The position numbers and the translations under genes were made by a program. A model generated the notes under the pieces. It was not told where the DNA came from, did no database searches, and saw nothing but the letters and a program-made list of their open reading frames with translations. A DNA stretch of 64,000 nt from Candidatus Komeilibacteria bacterium CG11_big_fil_rev_8_21_14_0_20_36_20 (GTDB lineage Bacteria; Patescibacteriota; Patescibacteriia; UBA1558; GWA2-36-10): positions 132-64,131 of the forward strand of contig PCWQ01000009.1 in NCBI GenBank assembly GCA_002787405.1. Direction: 5' to 3'. Positions 37,806-49,099 of this stretch are shown here, piece after piece; position 1 is the stretch's first letter; every line of letters starts with the position of its first letter.

Positions 37806-38855
37806 ATGAGAATTTTAGCCATTGAATCTTCCTGCGACGAGACTGCCATTGCTTTACTCAAGACCGATGGTCGTTCTTTATTTTTAGAAAAGAATCAGGT
37901 CTATTCCCAGATTAATATTCATCGAAAATTTGGCGGCGTAGTGCCGGAAGTAGCTGCCCGCAAGCATTTAGAAACGATTATTCCATTATTAGACAGCAGC
38001 TTAGGGAGAAGTAAGTTGGACAAGATTGATTTTTTAGCGGTAACTAGCGGTCCGGGTCTAATTACCTCTTTGCTTTTAGGCATTACCGTAGCGCAAACTT
38101 TGGCCTACACAAGTCAGCTACCGCTTTATCCAATTAACCATCTGGAGGGGCATATTTATTCTAACTGGCTGTCTAACAAAGAACTAGTTAAGAATGAGAA
38201 AAAATATTGGCCAGCTTTGATTTTAGTGGTTTCTGGCGGGCACACGGAATTGATTTTAATGAAAGGTCACGGGGATTATCAGCGACTTGGTCAGACCTTG
38301 GATGATGCGGCTGGTGAATCATTTGATAAAATTGCCAAATTTTTATCTTTGGGTTATCCGGGCGGCTCGATTATCAGTCAATGGGCTAAAAAAGGAAACT
38401 CAGCAGCTTATAATTTTCCCCGTCCGATGATTGACAGTCACGATTATAATTTTAGTTTTTCTGGATTAAAAACAGCCGTGCTTTATGCTTTAGAAAAAAA
38501 GAAAAATATTAATCAGCAGGACATAGCTGACATTGCCGCCTCTTTTCAACAAGCGGTGGTTGAAGTTTTAATTTTTAAAACATTTCAGGCAATTCAACAA
38601 CATAAAGTGAAAGCAATTATGCTGGCTGGTGGAGTGGCCGCCAACCAACTTTTAAAAGAGAAATTTCAACAAAAATCAGACAGTTTAAATTTACTATTTT
38701 TTTATCCTCGCCAGCGGTTTAGTGGGGATAATGCCGCCATGATTGCTGCCGCCGCTTATTATCATCATCAACAGAATAGGAAGCCGCTTCAAGGCATCAA
38801 AATACTATCTTTACAACCGCAAGTGAATTGGCAATTAATTGAAAATAGAATATAA
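37806..38855 (+). CDS. tsaD: tRNA t6A37 threonylcarbamoyltransferase TsaD
   Basis: ILAIESSCDET, GGVVPEVAARKH, NHLEGH, SGGHT, DNAAMI. Confidence 0.97.
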   Translation: MRILAIESSCDETAIALLKTDGRSLFLEKNQVYSQINIHRKFGGVVPEVAARKHLETIIPLLDSSLGRSKLDKIDFLAVTSGPGLITSLLLGITVAQTLAYTSQLPLYPINHLEGHIYSNWLSNKELVKNEKKYWPALILVVSGGHTELILMKGHGDYQRLGQTLDDAAGESFDKIAKFLSLGYPGGSIISQWAKKGNSAAYNFPRPMIDSHDYNFSFSGLKTAVLYALEKKKNINQQDIADIAASFQQAVVEVLIFKTFQAIQQHKVKAIMLAGGVAANQLLKEKFQQKSDSLNLLFFYPRQRFSGDNAAMIAAAAYYHHQQNRKPLQGIKILSLQPQVNWQLIENRI

Positions 38856-39286
38856 TGTTAAACATGCGGGAAATTATTACTAATAATATTTCTGAAACAG
38901 AAAAAGCAGCTAAGGATTTAGCCAAAACTTTCAAAGGAGGAGAGATCTTAGCTTTGTTTGGTCGGTTGGGTGTTGGTAAGACTGTTTTTGTCAAAGCAAT
39001 GGCCAAAGCTTTAAATATTTCGGAGGTCATTACCAGTCCAACTTTTGTCCTTATGAAAGTTTATGATGTTAATGTGGAAAGGATCAAACATTTTATTCAC
39101 GTTGACTGTTACCGTCTGGAAGGCAAGGAAGATTTAGCTGATATTGGCTTATTAGATTATCTAGGTGTTCCCCAAACTGTTTCGGTTATTGAGTGGGCTG
39201 ACAAGATATCCAACTTGCCCGACAAGACGATTAAAATAAGTATGGAGTATTTAGATGAGGAAAAAAGAAAAATTACAATCAACTAA
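38855..39286 (+). CDS. tsaE: t6A biosynthesis ATPase TsaE
   Basis: GRLGVGKT, TSPTF, HVDCYRL, IEWAD. Confidence 0.95.
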   Translation: MLNMREIITNNISETEKAAKDLAKTFKGGEILALFGRLGVGKTVFVKAMAKALNISEVITSPTFVLMKVYDVNVERIKHFIHVDCYRLEGKEDLADIGLLDYLGVPQTVSVIEWADKISNLPDKTIKISMEYLDEEKRKITIN

Positions 39287-41786
39287 GACAGAGTTTGTTA
39301 AAGCTTACGAGGCACAACAGTACGAAGACTTAATTTATCAAGAATGGGAAAAGTCAGGTTTTTTTAATCCTGATAATTTATCAGGCCACGGAAAAAATTT
39401 TACTATTTCTATGCCACCGCCCAATGCTACCGGTATTTTGCATGTAGGCCACGCTTCTGCGTTGACTTACGAGGATTTGATTATTCGTTATAAAAGATTA
39501 CAAGGTTATCAGACTTTGTTTTTGCCGGGCACTGATCATGCGGCTATTGCTACTCAGACAAAAGTAGAGAAAATTTTAGCTGAAGAAGGGACCGATCGTC
39601 ACAGTTTGGGTCGGACTAAATTTTTAGCCCGAGTTAAAAAATATATTGCTCAATCACAAGACACTATTCGTCAGCAGATCCGTAAGATAGGGGTTAGTTG
39701 TGATTGGTCTCGGGAACGATATACTTTTGATCAGGGATTATCTCAGGCAGTTAGCGAATCTTTCATTAGAATGTATAACGACGGCTTAATTTATCGTGGT
39801 AATCGGATTGTCAATTGGTGTCCGCGATGTGCTTCAACTTTAGCTGACGATGAGGTTGAGCATCAAGAAAAGAATAGTAAATTTTATTACCTTAAATATG
39901 GTCCATTTATTGTGGCTACCACTCGTCCAGAAACCAAATTAGCCGATACAGGCGTAGCAGTTCATCCTAGTGATAAACGCTATCAGAAATATATTGGCCA
40001 GATTTTAGATATTGACTTAGCTGGGCACAAAATCACAGTTAAGGTTTTTGCTAATAAAGAAGTTGATCCTAAATTTGGCTCCGGCGTAGTCGGAGTAACC
40101 CCAGCCCACAGCAGCGCAGATTTTGATTTTGCCCAAAGGCATAAATTAGAATTTATTAAATTGATTAACGAAGAAGGGAAGATTTTAGATGCGGGTGGTA
40201 AATATAAAAGTTTAACTGTTTTAGAAGCTAGAAAGAAATTTGTTAAAGATTTAAAGGCCGCCGGGCAGATTAAAAAAATAGAAGATATAAAAAATAATTT
40301 GTCTCTTTGTTATCGCTGTGGCGCCTTAATTGAACCTTTGCCGTCTGAACAATGGTTTGTGGCGGTAGATCAGAAGATTCCAGGACGCCAAAAAACTTTA
40401 AAACAATTAGCCATTGAGGCCGTCAGAAACAAAGAAATTAAAATTTTGCCTTCTAGATTTGAAAAAATTTATTATCATTGGATGGAAAATTTACACGACT
40501 GGTGTATTTCTCGGCAAATCTGGTGGGGACATCGCATTCCAGTTTGGTATCAAGAAGATAAAATTTATGTTGGACTTAAACCACCAAAAAATAAAAATTG
40601 GATTCAAGATGAAGATACTTTAGACACCTGGTTTTCGTCTTCCTTATGGACTTTTTCTACTTTAGGTTGGCCAGAAAAAACTAAAGATTTGAAAAATTTT
40701 CATCCGACACAAGTAATGGAGACTGGTTATGATATTCTTTTTTTCTGGGTAGCTAGAATGATTTTAATGACGGAGTATTTATTGGGGCAGAAGCCATTTG
40801 GCACAGTTTATTTGCATGGCATGATTCGCGATAAGCAGGGTCGTAAAATGAGTAAGTCACTGGATAATGGTATTGATCCTCTGGAGATGAGTAATAAATT
40901 TGGCACTGATGCCCTGCGGTTGTCTTTAGTGATTGGTTCTTCACCCGGCGCTGATTTAAGAATCTATGAGGAGAAAATTGCTGGCTACCGCAATTTTGTT
41001 AATAAACTTTGGAATATATCTCGATTTATTTTTTCTTCTGTTGATGAAATTAAAATAATTAAAAAACAGCCGCCAGCTAAGACTTTGAGCGATCAATGGA
41101 TTTTAGCTGAATTTAATAATTTAATTAAAAATGTCACTGATAATTTAGATAATTTTAAATTTTCTCAAGCCGGCGAGGAGCTTTATGAATTTACCTGGAA
41201 TAAATTAGCTGATTGGTATTTAGAAATTGCTAAAATAGAAAAAAATAAAGATGAAACTTTACTTTATATTTTAGAGCGGCTCTTGATTTTATGGCATCCT
41301 TTTACACCTTTTGTGACTGAAGTGATTTGGCGCAGTTTTAAGGCCAAAGATTTATTGATGATTCAAAGTTGGCCTCAAGCGCGGAAAATAGATTCAAAAA
41401 TCAAGAAAGATTTTAGCGAACTGCAAGAATTAGTGATTAAAATTAGAAATTTAAAAGCGGAAAATAAAATTCCGCCGGTTGATTTACCAAACTGTCATTT
41501 GAAAAGTAAAATCTTAAAAGACAGCGAGCTAAATATTATTGCTAAATTAGCCAGGGTTAATTTAGTGGACAAATTTTCTGAAGCTAAATCTTTTAGTACT
41601 TCTTATAGCCGTGGTTGGATTAATTTAGCCAAAGAAATGAGCCAAACAGAAAAAGAAAAACTGCAAAAATATATTAGCAGTTTAGAAAATAAATTAAATA
41701 ATAGTCAATTTATTAATAATGCTCCCCAGCAAATTATTAAAGATACGCAAAAAAAATTAAAGTTAGCTAAAAATAAATTAAGATAA
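39255..41786 (+). CDS. valS: valine--tRNA ligase
   Basis: PPPNATGILHVGH, DWCISRQIWWGH, KMSKS. Confidence 0.97.
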   Translation: MRKKEKLQSTKTEFVKAYEAQQYEDLIYQEWEKSGFFNPDNLSGHGKNFTISMPPPNATGILHVGHASALTYEDLIIRYKRLQGYQTLFLPGTDHAAIATQTKVEKILAEEGTDRHSLGRTKFLARVKKYIAQSQDTIRQQIRKIGVSCDWSRERYTFDQGLSQAVSESFIRMYNDGLIYRGNRIVNWCPRCASTLADDEVEHQEKNSKFYYLKYGPFIVATTRPETKLADTGVAVHPSDKRYQKYIGQILDIDLAGHKITVKVFANKEVDPKFGSGVVGVTPAHSSADFDFAQRHKLEFIKLINEEGKILDAGGKYKSLTVLEARKKFVKDLKAAGQIKKIEDIKNNLSLCYRCGALIEPLPSEQWFVAVDQKIPGRQKTLKQLAIEAVRNKEIKILPSRFEKIYYHWMENLHDWCISRQIWWGHRIPVWYQEDKIYVGLKPPKNKNWIQDEDTLDTWFSSSLWTFSTLGWPEKTKDLKNFHPTQVMETGYDILFFWVARMILMTEYLLGQKPFGTVYLHGMIRDKQGRKMSKSLDNGIDPLEMSNKFGTDALRLSLVIGSSPGADLRIYEEKIAGYRNFVNKLWNISRFIFSSVDEIKIIKKQPPAKTLSDQWILAEFNNLIKNVTDNLDNFKFSQAGEELYEFTWNKLADWYLEIAKIEKNKDETLLYILERLLILWHPFTPFVTEVIWRSFKAKDLLMIQSWPQARKIDSKIKKDFSELQELVIKIRNLKAENKIPPVDLPNCHLKSKILKDSELNIIAKLARVNLVDKFSEAKSFSTSYSRGWINLAKEMSQTEKEKLQKYISSLENKLNNSQFINNAPQQIIKDTQKKLKLAKNKLR

Positions 41787-41791
41787 TTAAT

Positions 41792-43531
41792 CTAATCTAA
41801 AACCTTAGCTAATACTTCTTCCACAGAAGTAATGCCATCTACAGCTTTTAATAGTCCATCTTGCAACATAGTAATCATGCCGTTATCCACGGCTATTTTT
41901 TCAATTTCATTAGCTGAAACATTACCAGACAAGATAATTTTTTCAATGGCTGGATTGATAGTTAAAACTTCATAGATGCCGATACGTCCTTTATAGCCGA
42001 GCCGATGACATTTATCACATCCCTTGGCAACATAGAAAGTAAGATCGGATAAGTCATTTATTTTATGACCGGACTCAGGGCTAATAGTGCTCAAGGCATT
42101 TAGAATAGTAGTAATTGTTTTATTATCTAGTTTATCATTTTTTATTTTACAGTGAGGGCATAAGCGGCGGAGTAGCCTTTGTCCAATAATGGCATTTAAA
42201 GAAGGGGCTAATAGAAAAGGTTGTACGCCAATAGATAAAAGACGAGGAATAGTATCAGCCGCAGAATTGGTATGGAGCGTAGAGAGCATCAAATGTCCGG
42301 TTAAGGCGGCATTGATTGCAGTTTCAGCTGTTTCCAAATCGCGAATTTCACCAACCATAACAATATCAGGGTCTTGCCTTAAAATAGCTCTTAATCCTTT
42401 GGCAAAAGTGTAGTGGGTAATTCTTGGCTTATTTTCATCGCCTAATCTGATTGAAGTAAAATCATCGGCTTGTCCTTCAACCTGACTTTGGACAATACCC
42501 GGTAGTTTATATTCAATCGGATCTTCCAGAGTAATAATCTTAGTATCAGGACTATTTAATTTATTTAAGATGGCGTAGAGGGTAGTGGTTTTACCGGAAC
42601 CAGTTGGTCCGGTGGTAATAATCATGCCGTTTGGCTTCCTCATTTCTTCACGTAAATCATTAAATGTTTTTCCTCTTAAACCAAGGTCCTCAAATTTAAG
42701 GCCTACACTCGATGCTTTTAAAAGACGCATTACAATGCTCTCGCCGTAAGATGAGGGAATAGTTGAAACTCTAACGTCGACTTTGTCATTAGTGAGATTA
42801 ATAGTAAATCGGCCATCTTGCGGTTTAGTAGTGATGTTTAGTTTTAAACCAGATAATAATTTAATGCGGTTGCTTATTTTATCCCAAGAGCTTTTATTGA
42901 TGTTAGCTACTTCATGCAGAACACCGTCAATGCGAAAGCGAATTTTAATCTCTTTTTCTTCTGTTTCAATATGGATATCGGAAGAAGAAAATTTTAAAGC
43001 AGCGGCTATAATCAGGTTGATTGTTTCGGTCAAGCTGGTTTCAGCGATCAGTTGGTTGAGTTTAGTAAAATCGGTTAGTTGTTCATCAAATTTATTTAAA
43101 TCGTTTGCGGTGATATTAACACCGGCCATTTGAGTGATAGTTGGTATTTTAGCGTAAATTTCTGATGTTTTATCAAGACTGTTTTCCGAAATTAGATAAG
43201 TTTTTATATTAACATGGTATTTTTCATTTAATTCTTTGATTAAATTAGACACCTGAGGATTAGTTGGGTTAAGAGAACCAAGACGCATTTCCTCGCCAGT
43301 ATATAAAAAGCAAACTGTTTGTAAAGATTCAGCTTGTTCTTGAGAGATAACTTTGATGGCCTCTTGAGAAATTGGGAATTTATCAAGGTTAATATAAGCC
43401 AACCCTTGTTGTTTGGCTTCAGCTTCCACCTGTTTTTCTTTTTCTTTTATTTCTAGAGCAGAGAGTTTACTGGATAGTTTTTGGCTTGTTTCATCTTCGC
43501 TGATAATAATACCTTTATTCATATCAGGCAT
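41792..43531 (-). CDS. type IV pilus / T2SS assembly ATPase (PilB/GspE family)
   Basis: SDIHIE, GPTGSGKTT, LEDPIEY, LRQDPD, CPHC...GCDKC. Confidence 0.93.
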   Translation of the reverse strand: MPDMNKGIIISEDETSQKLSSKLSALEIKEKEKQVEAEAKQQGLAYINLDKFPISQEAIKVISQEQAESLQTVCFLYTGEEMRLGSLNPTNPQVSNLIKELNEKYHVNIKTYLISENSLDKTSEIYAKIPTITQMAGVNITANDLNKFDEQLTDFTKLNQLIAETSLTETINLIIAAALKFSSSDIHIETEEKEIKIRFRIDGVLHEVANINKSSWDKISNRIKLLSGLKLNITTKPQDGRFTINLTNDKVDVRVSTIPSSYGESIVMRLLKASSVGLKFEDLGLRGKTFNDLREEMRKPNGMIITTGPTGSGKTTTLYAILNKLNSPDTKIITLEDPIEYKLPGIVQSQVEGQADDFTSIRLGDENKPRITHYTFAKGLRAILRQDPDIVMVGEIRDLETAETAINAALTGHLMLSTLHTNSAADTIPRLLSIGVQPFLLAPSLNAIIGQRLLRRLCPHCKIKNDKLDNKTITTILNALSTISPESGHKINDLSDLTFYVAKGCDKCHRLGYKGRIGIYEVLTINPAIEKIILSGNVSANEIEKIAVDNGMITMLQDGLLKAVDGITSVEEVLAKVLD

Positions 43532-43660
43532 TCTAATTTTTTAATAATATTATATACAAACATTATACTTTTGCTTAATGATAAAGTCAATTTTAAAAAA
43601 TGAAAACTAAATAAAAAAGGGTCATTAATTAGACCCTTTTTAGAATAATAATAGTATAAA

Positions 43661-44635
43661 TTATTTAGTTAAACGGGGTAAATGTTTATGAGCCAGCCGA
43701 TGCATTTTACTGTGAGATTTGCCCTTAGTCAATTGGAGAAAGACGTTGGCCCAAATGATATTATAATAGGCCCCAAAGAAGGAGGTGGCTAGAATAAACA
43801 GAAAGACCGCCACTAAACTGCCGATAGCCATTAAGAGCCAGAAAATTATGGTATTCAGGGCCATAAAATAAGCTAAAACAAGGAAAGGAGTAAAGACAAA
43901 CACTAAGGCGGTGAATAATACTAGATAAAATAGAACTGTGATCAAAAGGAGGAAAAAAGCATTTTCTACCGTAATTAACCAATTGATTTTAAAAAGAGTC
44001 CAGCCCTTAATAAAGGCGGCGGTCATGGTGTCATTTTGGGTGATAATATAAGCGGCGCCATAGCGAGTGACAAAAGAAATAACGATAACCAGCGGTAAGA
44101 GGATAAAGAAGACAATGATAGCTAACAATAAATAGACTACTACTTCATTGTTGCTGTGGTTTAGAAAATCAACCAATGGTTTAATAACTGAAACAATAAA
44201 AAAGTAACCGATTAGAGTGTTGAGAATATTTAGTCCAAAGAGTGGCCAAAATTTTTCTACACCGACGCGGAAAGCTTCAGTGAATTTAAACCCTTTCTTT
44301 TGGTTGTTTTTTTGGATAGTGGCATAAATCAAAGCTCCTTGTGAGGAGATAGCCAGAATAACAATAATAGCAAAGAGAACAAAGATGGCGATAACATTCA
44401 GCAGAACCGGTAAATTAGACCAAGTGAATTGGGCCACAGCAAAAGTTTTTAGAATAGACAACCATGAGATTAAAGTTGAACCAAGCAGATCAGGACTGAC
44501 ACTATCTAAATTAAACAAAGTCTTTACTTCATGGAATCCTAAAATGGAAGCGAACATGCCAAAAAACAGTAAGGAGAAATTGTTTTTTATAATTTGCCAT
44601 GAAAGAGGATAGACTTTTCTATAAAATGAGTCCAT
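43661..44635 (-). CDS. hypothetical polytopic membrane protein
   Basis: About 7 TM segments. Confidence 0.75.
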   Translation of the reverse strand: MDSFYRKVYPLSWQIIKNNFSLLFFGMFASILGFHEVKTLFNLDSVSPDLLGSTLISWLSILKTFAVAQFTWSNLPVLLNVIAIFVLFAIIVILAISSQGALIYATIQKNNQKKGFKFTEAFRVGVEKFWPLFGLNILNTLIGYFFIVSVIKPLVDFLNHSNNEVVVYLLLAIIVFFILLPLVIVISFVTRYGAAYIITQNDTMTAAFIKGWTLFKINWLITVENAFFLLLITVLFYLVLFTALVFVFTPFLVLAYFMALNTIIFWLLMAIGSLVAVFLFILATSFFGAYYNIIWANVFLQLTKGKSHSKMHRLAHKHLPRLTK

Positions 44636-44758
44636 AGTTTTTGTTTTTAATTTTTAAGCTGCTTTTATTATACAATATTTCTTTAAAAAACAAAACCCCC
44701 TGCCTTTCAGGCCTCTTTGGAGGGTGGCTAGGCAGGGGGTTTTTATAGTTATGTTTTA

Positions 44759-46567
44759 TTAAGCAATAAGTTGGGCAAACTCTTCTTTCTCAATAGTTTC
44801 TTTATTAAGTAGTACTTTGACAATTTTAGCAATTTTATCTTTGTTTTCATTAATAATCTTCGTGGCTGTTTTCAGGGCTTGGTCAATATATTTAGAAATT
44901 TCTTGGTCAATCATTTCGGCGGTTTTCTCACTATAATCTCTTCTTTCATGAATTTCCTTACCTAAGAAGATCATTTCTTCTCTTTCGCCAAAGGTACGAG
45001 GGCCAAGCTTATTATCCATCCCGAATTGAGTGACTATTTGTCTGGCAGTATGGGTTACTTTTTTGAGGTCATTGCTGGCTCCGGTAGTTACTTCATCGAA
45101 AAATATTTTTTCCGCGGCATAGCCCCCAAGTAACACTGCCATACTATCGATGAAATCGGAATACGATTGCATTTTCTTTTCTATATCAGGCAGATTGATA
45201 GTGTAGCCGGCTGCCCGACCACGAGAGATGATAGAAATTTTATGCACGGGATCAGCATGAGGTAAAATATGAGCGATTAAAGCATGTCCAGCTTCATGAT
45301 GGGCAGTTATTCCTTTTTCTTTATCTGAAAGGATATAACTTTTTCTTTCTCGACCGAGCATTACTCTTTCAATAGCGTCTAAAATGGTTTCATTATGGAT
45401 ATTCTTCTCATTATTTTTAACCGTCATAATAGCTGCTTCATTTAAGACATTAGCCAGATCAGCTCCGGAAAATCCTGGTGTTCTCTGAGCCACTAATTTT
45501 AGGTTGACATTTGTGGCCAGTGGTTTTTTCTTAGCGTGAATTTTTAAAATAGCTTCCCGGTCTTTGATGTCGGGCAGATCAATTACTACTTGTCGATCAA
45601 ATCTCCCTGGTCTTAGTAAAGCTGGATCTAAAACATCTGGGCGATTAGTGGCAGCAATAACAATGACGTTGGTTTGGTTATCAAAACCATCCATTTCTAC
45701 CAATATTTGATTTAAAGTTTGTTCTCTTTCGTCGTGACTGCCGCCAAGACCAGTACCTCTTTGCCGACCGACCGCATCAATTTCATCAACAAAAATGAGA
45801 CAAGGGGCTGTTTTTTTGGCTTTTTTAAATAAATCTCTGACACGGGAGGCGCCGACACCAACAAACATCTCTACAAATTCAGAGCCCGATATATGGAAAA
45901 AGGGAACTTTGGCTTCCCCGGCTACGGCTCGAGCCAATAAAGTTTTTCCTGTGCCTGGTGCACCTAGTAATAAAACACCTCTTGGTATTTTAGCGCCCAT
46001 AGCTGTAAATTTTTGTGGCTCTTGAAGGAATTTTACAATCTCTTCCAAATCTTCTTTAGCTTCATGAGCCCCAGCCACATCTTGGAAAGTAATTTTATCT
46101 TTTTGGCGATCAGCAATTTTAGCTCCGCTCTGCCCAAAAGTCATGGCACGATTATTAACTCCTTGTACTTGGCGCATCATGAACCAGATTAGACCGACGA
46201 TAAAAAGTAAAGGGATCAGAAAAGGCAAAATTGTGCCGACAAACATTCCGGAATTCGGCGCATCTTCAACTGTGATATTTAAAGCAGATATTTTTTCTTC
46301 TGGCACCTCATAATTTTTCAATAAGGCGGCAAAAGATTCATTGCCTTCTTTCTGGCTGGAGCGTTGTTCTTGATTCTTTAAAGTAATTTTTAATTCATTG
46401 CCAGCTACTATCACATTTTCTACTTCTCCATTATTGATCTGCTGGACTAGGTTACTAATACTTATTTCTTCAGTCTTTTTTGTTTGAGTATCATAAAAAC
46501 TAAAGATTCCTGCAATGATAGCAAAAATTATAAAGAAGATAAGAAAATTTTTAATAATATGTTTCAT
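44759..46567 (-). CDS. ftsH: ATP-dependent zinc metalloprotease FtsH
   Basis: 2 TM segments, [28 protein letters not shown]. Confidence 0.98.
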   Translation of the reverse strand: MKHIIKNFLIFFIIFAIIAGIFSFYDTQTKKTEEISISNLVQQINNGEVENVIVAGNELKITLKNQEQRSSQKEGNESFAALLKNYEVPEEKISALNITVEDAPNSGMFVGTILPFLIPLLFIVGLIWFMMRQVQGVNNRAMTFGQSGAKIADRQKDKITFQDVAGAHEAKEDLEEIVKFLQEPQKFTAMGAKIPRGVLLLGAPGTGKTLLARAVAGEAKVPFFHISGSEFVEMFVGVGASRVRDLFKKAKKTAPCLIFVDEIDAVGRQRGTGLGGSHDEREQTLNQILVEMDGFDNQTNVIVIAATNRPDVLDPALLRPGRFDRQVVIDLPDIKDREAILKIHAKKKPLATNVNLKLVAQRTPGFSGADLANVLNEAAIMTVKNNEKNIHNETILDAIERVMLGRERKSYILSDKEKGITAHHEAGHALIAHILPHADPVHKISIISRGRAAGYTINLPDIEKKMQSYSDFIDSMAVLLGGYAAEKIFFDEVTTGASNDLKKVTHTARQIVTQFGMDNKLGPRTFGEREEMIFLGKEIHERRDYSEKTAEMIDQEISKYIDQALKTATKIINENKDKIAKIVKVLLNKETIEKEEFAQLIA

Positions 46568-46684
46568 CCTATTAGAGATTAGTTATAATTTTTTGATTTT
46601 GCCCTATTAGAAATTATAGCAAAATGATAGAGAGTTGACAGTATTTATAAATATTTCGCGAATTTCTCACAGGATTAATAAAGC

Positions 46685-47920
46685 TTAGTTAGCTTTTTTT
46701 GTTTTAGCATCTTCCTCTTTATTTATATCTTTAGAGGGGCTGACCGTAGGGGATTTTTTAGTATCTTTTTTTTCAGTTTTTTCTTTTTTCTTTTCCACCG
46801 GTTTTTTTTCGTCTTTCTTATCTTTATCGGTTTTGATTTCTTTGAGAGATAGGCCGAGTCGATGATTTTCCGGCTCAATACTTAAAATAGTAAAATTGTA
46901 TTCCTTACCTATTTTGACTATATTTTCAGGATCGTTAACTTTTTTATCGCTTAATTCAGAAATATGAACTAAGCCGTGAATATCATCATCAAGTTCAACA
47001 AAAGCGCCGAAAGGATTAACCTTTAAGACACTACCTTTAACTTTTTGACCTATTTTATATTTTTTAGCAACTTCCACCCAAGGGTCTTTTTGCAGTTTTT
47101 TAATAGATAGGGAAACTTTAGTATTTTGAATATCAATAATTATTGCCTCAACTACATCACCGACTTTAATAATATCACGTGGGTTATCGATTCTCTGCCA
47201 GGCCAATTCAGAAATATGAACCAATCCTTCTAAATTATCTCCAAACTCAACAAAAGCGCCAAAGTCAACTACGCCGGTAATTCTACCTTTTATTTTATCG
47301 CCTATTTTGTATTTTGAGATAATTTTCTTTTGCTTATCGTCCCAAGCTGCTTTTTCCGAAACAATTAATTTTTCTTCTTTTTCGTTGACGTCAATAATTT
47401 TGGTGCGAAGTGCTTCGTTTACGAAACTTTTTAGATGGGCTAGAATTTTATTTTTATCACCACCTTCAATACGCGGATAATGTTCAATAGTTAATTGAGA
47501 GACTGGTAAAAAGCCGATAACATTGCCAAGTTTAATCATGAGGCCGCCTTTGTTGGCATCAATAACTTTACTTTCAATAATAGTACCTTCTTTATATAAT
47601 TTTTCTAGGTTATCCCAAGCTTTTTTATGACCGGCTTCACGAAAAGATAATTCCATGTAGCCATTTTCATTATCTAGACCGATAACTGTGGCGAGAGTCT
47701 TATCACCGATTTTAAGATTAGAGGACTCATCTGACTCATCATAGATTTCTTGGCCGCGGATTATACCAGTGGTAATACCAGCTAAATCCAGATAAATCTC
47801 ATTTTTAGAAACACTAATTATAGTGCCAGAGACTAGATCACCCACCTTTGGAATCTTAATTGCCTCGTCTTTTTGCAGCAATTTATCCATTAAGCTCTGA
47901 CTAGTAGTTTGATTTGACAT
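46685..47920 (-). CDS. rpsA: 30S ribosomal protein S1 (4 S1 domains)
   Basis: Repeated FGAFVE...GLVHISEL; Lys-rich tail. Confidence 0.92.
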   Translation of the reverse strand: MSNQTTSQSLMDKLLQKDEAIKIPKVGDLVSGTIISVSKNEIYLDLAGITTGIIRGQEIYDESDESSNLKIGDKTLATVIGLDNENGYMELSFREAGHKKAWDNLEKLYKEGTIIESKVIDANKGGLMIKLGNVIGFLPVSQLTIEHYPRIEGGDKNKILAHLKSFVNEALRTKIIDVNEKEEKLIVSEKAAWDDKQKKIISKYKIGDKIKGRITGVVDFGAFVEFGDNLEGLVHISELAWQRIDNPRDIIKVGDVVEAIIIDIQNTKVSLSIKKLQKDPWVEVAKKYKIGQKVKGSVLKVNPFGAFVELDDDIHGLVHISELSDKKVNDPENIVKIGKEYNFTILSIEPENHRLGLSLKEIKTDKDKKDEKKPVEKKKEKTEKKDTKKSPTVSPSKDINKEEDAKTKKAN

Positions 47921-48153
47921 ATTAATTATTAGATAATTAACCCACTTCTTTAACAGAAGTAAGTGGCTGTTAAATGCAGCTTTTAATTAGATAACTGTGT
48001 TACTCTACCATAATTGTTAGGATAAATCAAGGATGACATTTTAAAGAAATTAAGGGCCATTTTAGTTGCTTTTATTATGATTGTTTACCTTTACTTTTAA
48101 CTATTTTTATGTTAAAATAAGAGTGTTTTTAAAGATTTAAAAAATCCAAAAAT

Positions 48154-48759
48154 ATGATAATTTCATGGCATGGTTTTAACTACTTTAAGGTGCAAAATAG
48201 TCACCGTAGTATTGTTTTAAATCCTTATAGTTTAGATAAGACTACTAAATTAAGCAAAACTAAAGCGGATATTGTAATTTTTTCCGATCCAACAAAACTG
48301 GCTGCCAGTAAATTTGACAAGGACGCTTTTGTAATTAATTCGCCAGGAGAATATGAAGCCAATAATGTTTTTATTTATGGTGAGAAAGTTAAAGGTAATA
48401 TTGTTTATTTGATTGTTTTTGAAGATATTAAACTTGCTTTTTTAGGAGAGTTTGGCCATCAAGAATTAACTAACGGTGATATTGAGTTAATTGAAGGGGC
48501 GGACATTTTGATTTTACCAGTTGGCGGAGGAGAGCTGACTAATATTAAAGAGGCCATGAGGATTATTAACCAAGTAGATCCGCGAGTAGTTATCCCTAGT
48601 TGCCATGCGGCTGGTAGTTTTAAACTAAAAGCAGAAAATGTTTCCCAGTTTATTAAAGAGTTTGGCGTGCGGCCCGAAGAAATGGAAAAATATAAAATTC
48701 AACAAAAAGATTTACCGCAGGATGATATGAAATTAATCGTTCTTAATTTAAAACAATGA
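48154..48759 (+). CDS. MBL-fold protein (degenerate metal site)
   Basis: ISWHG, PGEYE, DILILPVGG, PRVVIP; no HxHxDH motif. Confidence 0.75.
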   Translation: MIISWHGFNYFKVQNSHRSIVLNPYSLDKTTKLSKTKADIVIFSDPTKLAASKFDKDAFVINSPGEYEANNVFIYGEKVKGNIVYLIVFEDIKLAFLGEFGHQELTNGDIELIEGADILILPVGGGELTNIKEAMRIINQVDPRVVIPSCHAAGSFKLKAENVSQFIKEFGVRPEEMEKYKIQQKDLPQDDMKLIVLNLKQ

Positions 48760-49073
48760 TTTTTTTTACCAATAACAACACTAAATTTACTGGGCTGTTT
48801 GTTTTGGTTTTAGTTTTTTCGTTAGTGATGATTGTCGGTTGGGTTAAGACAAATTCTTTGCAGTCCACTCAAAATTCTCTCGCTGATGGGGAGTGGGCTA
48901 ATATTACTGAACAGTCTTTTGAAGCTTGGGAAAAAGCTCAAGAGAGTTTTGAATTTAGTAAAACACAAACGAAAAATTTAGGGGAGGAATTACAAAGGGA
49001 GGTTGAGCAGCAAGCTCTTTTAGAAGAAACCAGAGAATATCTGGATAATGTCACCAGCACTCCTAGCGAGTAG
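48756..49073 (+). CDS. hypothetical single-TM protein
   Basis: TM helix plus acidic coiled-coil; ATGA overlap with upstream gene. Confidence 0.65.
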   Translation: MIFFTNNNTKFTGLFVLVLVFSLVMIVGWVKTNSLQSTQNSLADGEWANITEQSFEAWEKAQESFEFSKTQTKNLGEELQREVEQQALLEETREYLDNVTSTPSE

Positions 49074-49099
49074 CTGTCTTTAAGTAATCAAGTTACAAC

